A stretch of 64,000 nucleotides of DNA from Octopus vulgaris (Eukaryota), in the NCBI GenBank assembly GCA_951406725.2, contig OX597815.1, forward strand, positions 1,860,001 through 1,924,000, read 5' to 3'. Below the pieces are notes generated by a model that was given only the letters and a program-made list of their open reading frames with translations, searched no databases and was not told the DNA's origin. The first letter of the stretch is position 1. Each line of letters starts with the position of its first letter. The position numbers and the translations under genes were made by a program. Shown here one piece after another: positions 63,870-64,000 of the stretch.

Positions 63870-64000
63870 GACCCTGTGCTTGAGGAGACCTATTGAGTCA
63901 AGTACATCAACATCAAAAAATCAATGGAAATTGCAGTTGTGGCACGTAAAAAGCACTATCCGAAAGTGGCCAATGCCAGCGCCGCCTTGACTGGCTTCCA
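63870..64000 (+). mobile_element. Family A 5' part with putative RTE ORF end, runs off the window
   Basis: GTGCTTGAGGAGACC, then ATCAATGGAAAT and minisatellite units. Confidence 0.65.

Overview
AT-rich, repeat-saturated eukaryotic DNA. The SINE families, the (TA)n/(CA)n/(GAT)n microsatellite load and the LINE remnants point to a coleoid cephalopod, most likely Octopus (inferred from recalled repeat consensus, not a search). It reads as a very long intron or intergenic block. I recognise no host protein-coding gene, and almost all ORFs in the track are read-throughs of repeats. Recognisable coding remnants are a decayed mariner transposase, a 5'-truncated R4/Dong-type RLE LINE, two RTE fragments and a CR1-type fragment. 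There are also non-autonomous Helitrons, piggyBac-like TTAA MITEs, a Tc2/pogo-like MITE and five recurring short retroposon families (labelled A-E here). The most striking unexplained structure is a set of about ten short, mostly unrelated fold-back (inverted-repeat) elements, usually inserted in (TA)n tracts. Many carry type I hammerhead ribozyme motifs with a minimal or palindromic stem III, as in Penelope-like pseudo-LTRs and retrozymes. One tRNA-headed SINE family (E) also ends in a hammerhead-like tail. One minus-strand site looks like a recursive splice site with a 57-nt exon. All folding was done by eye, and most repeat boundaries are approximate.
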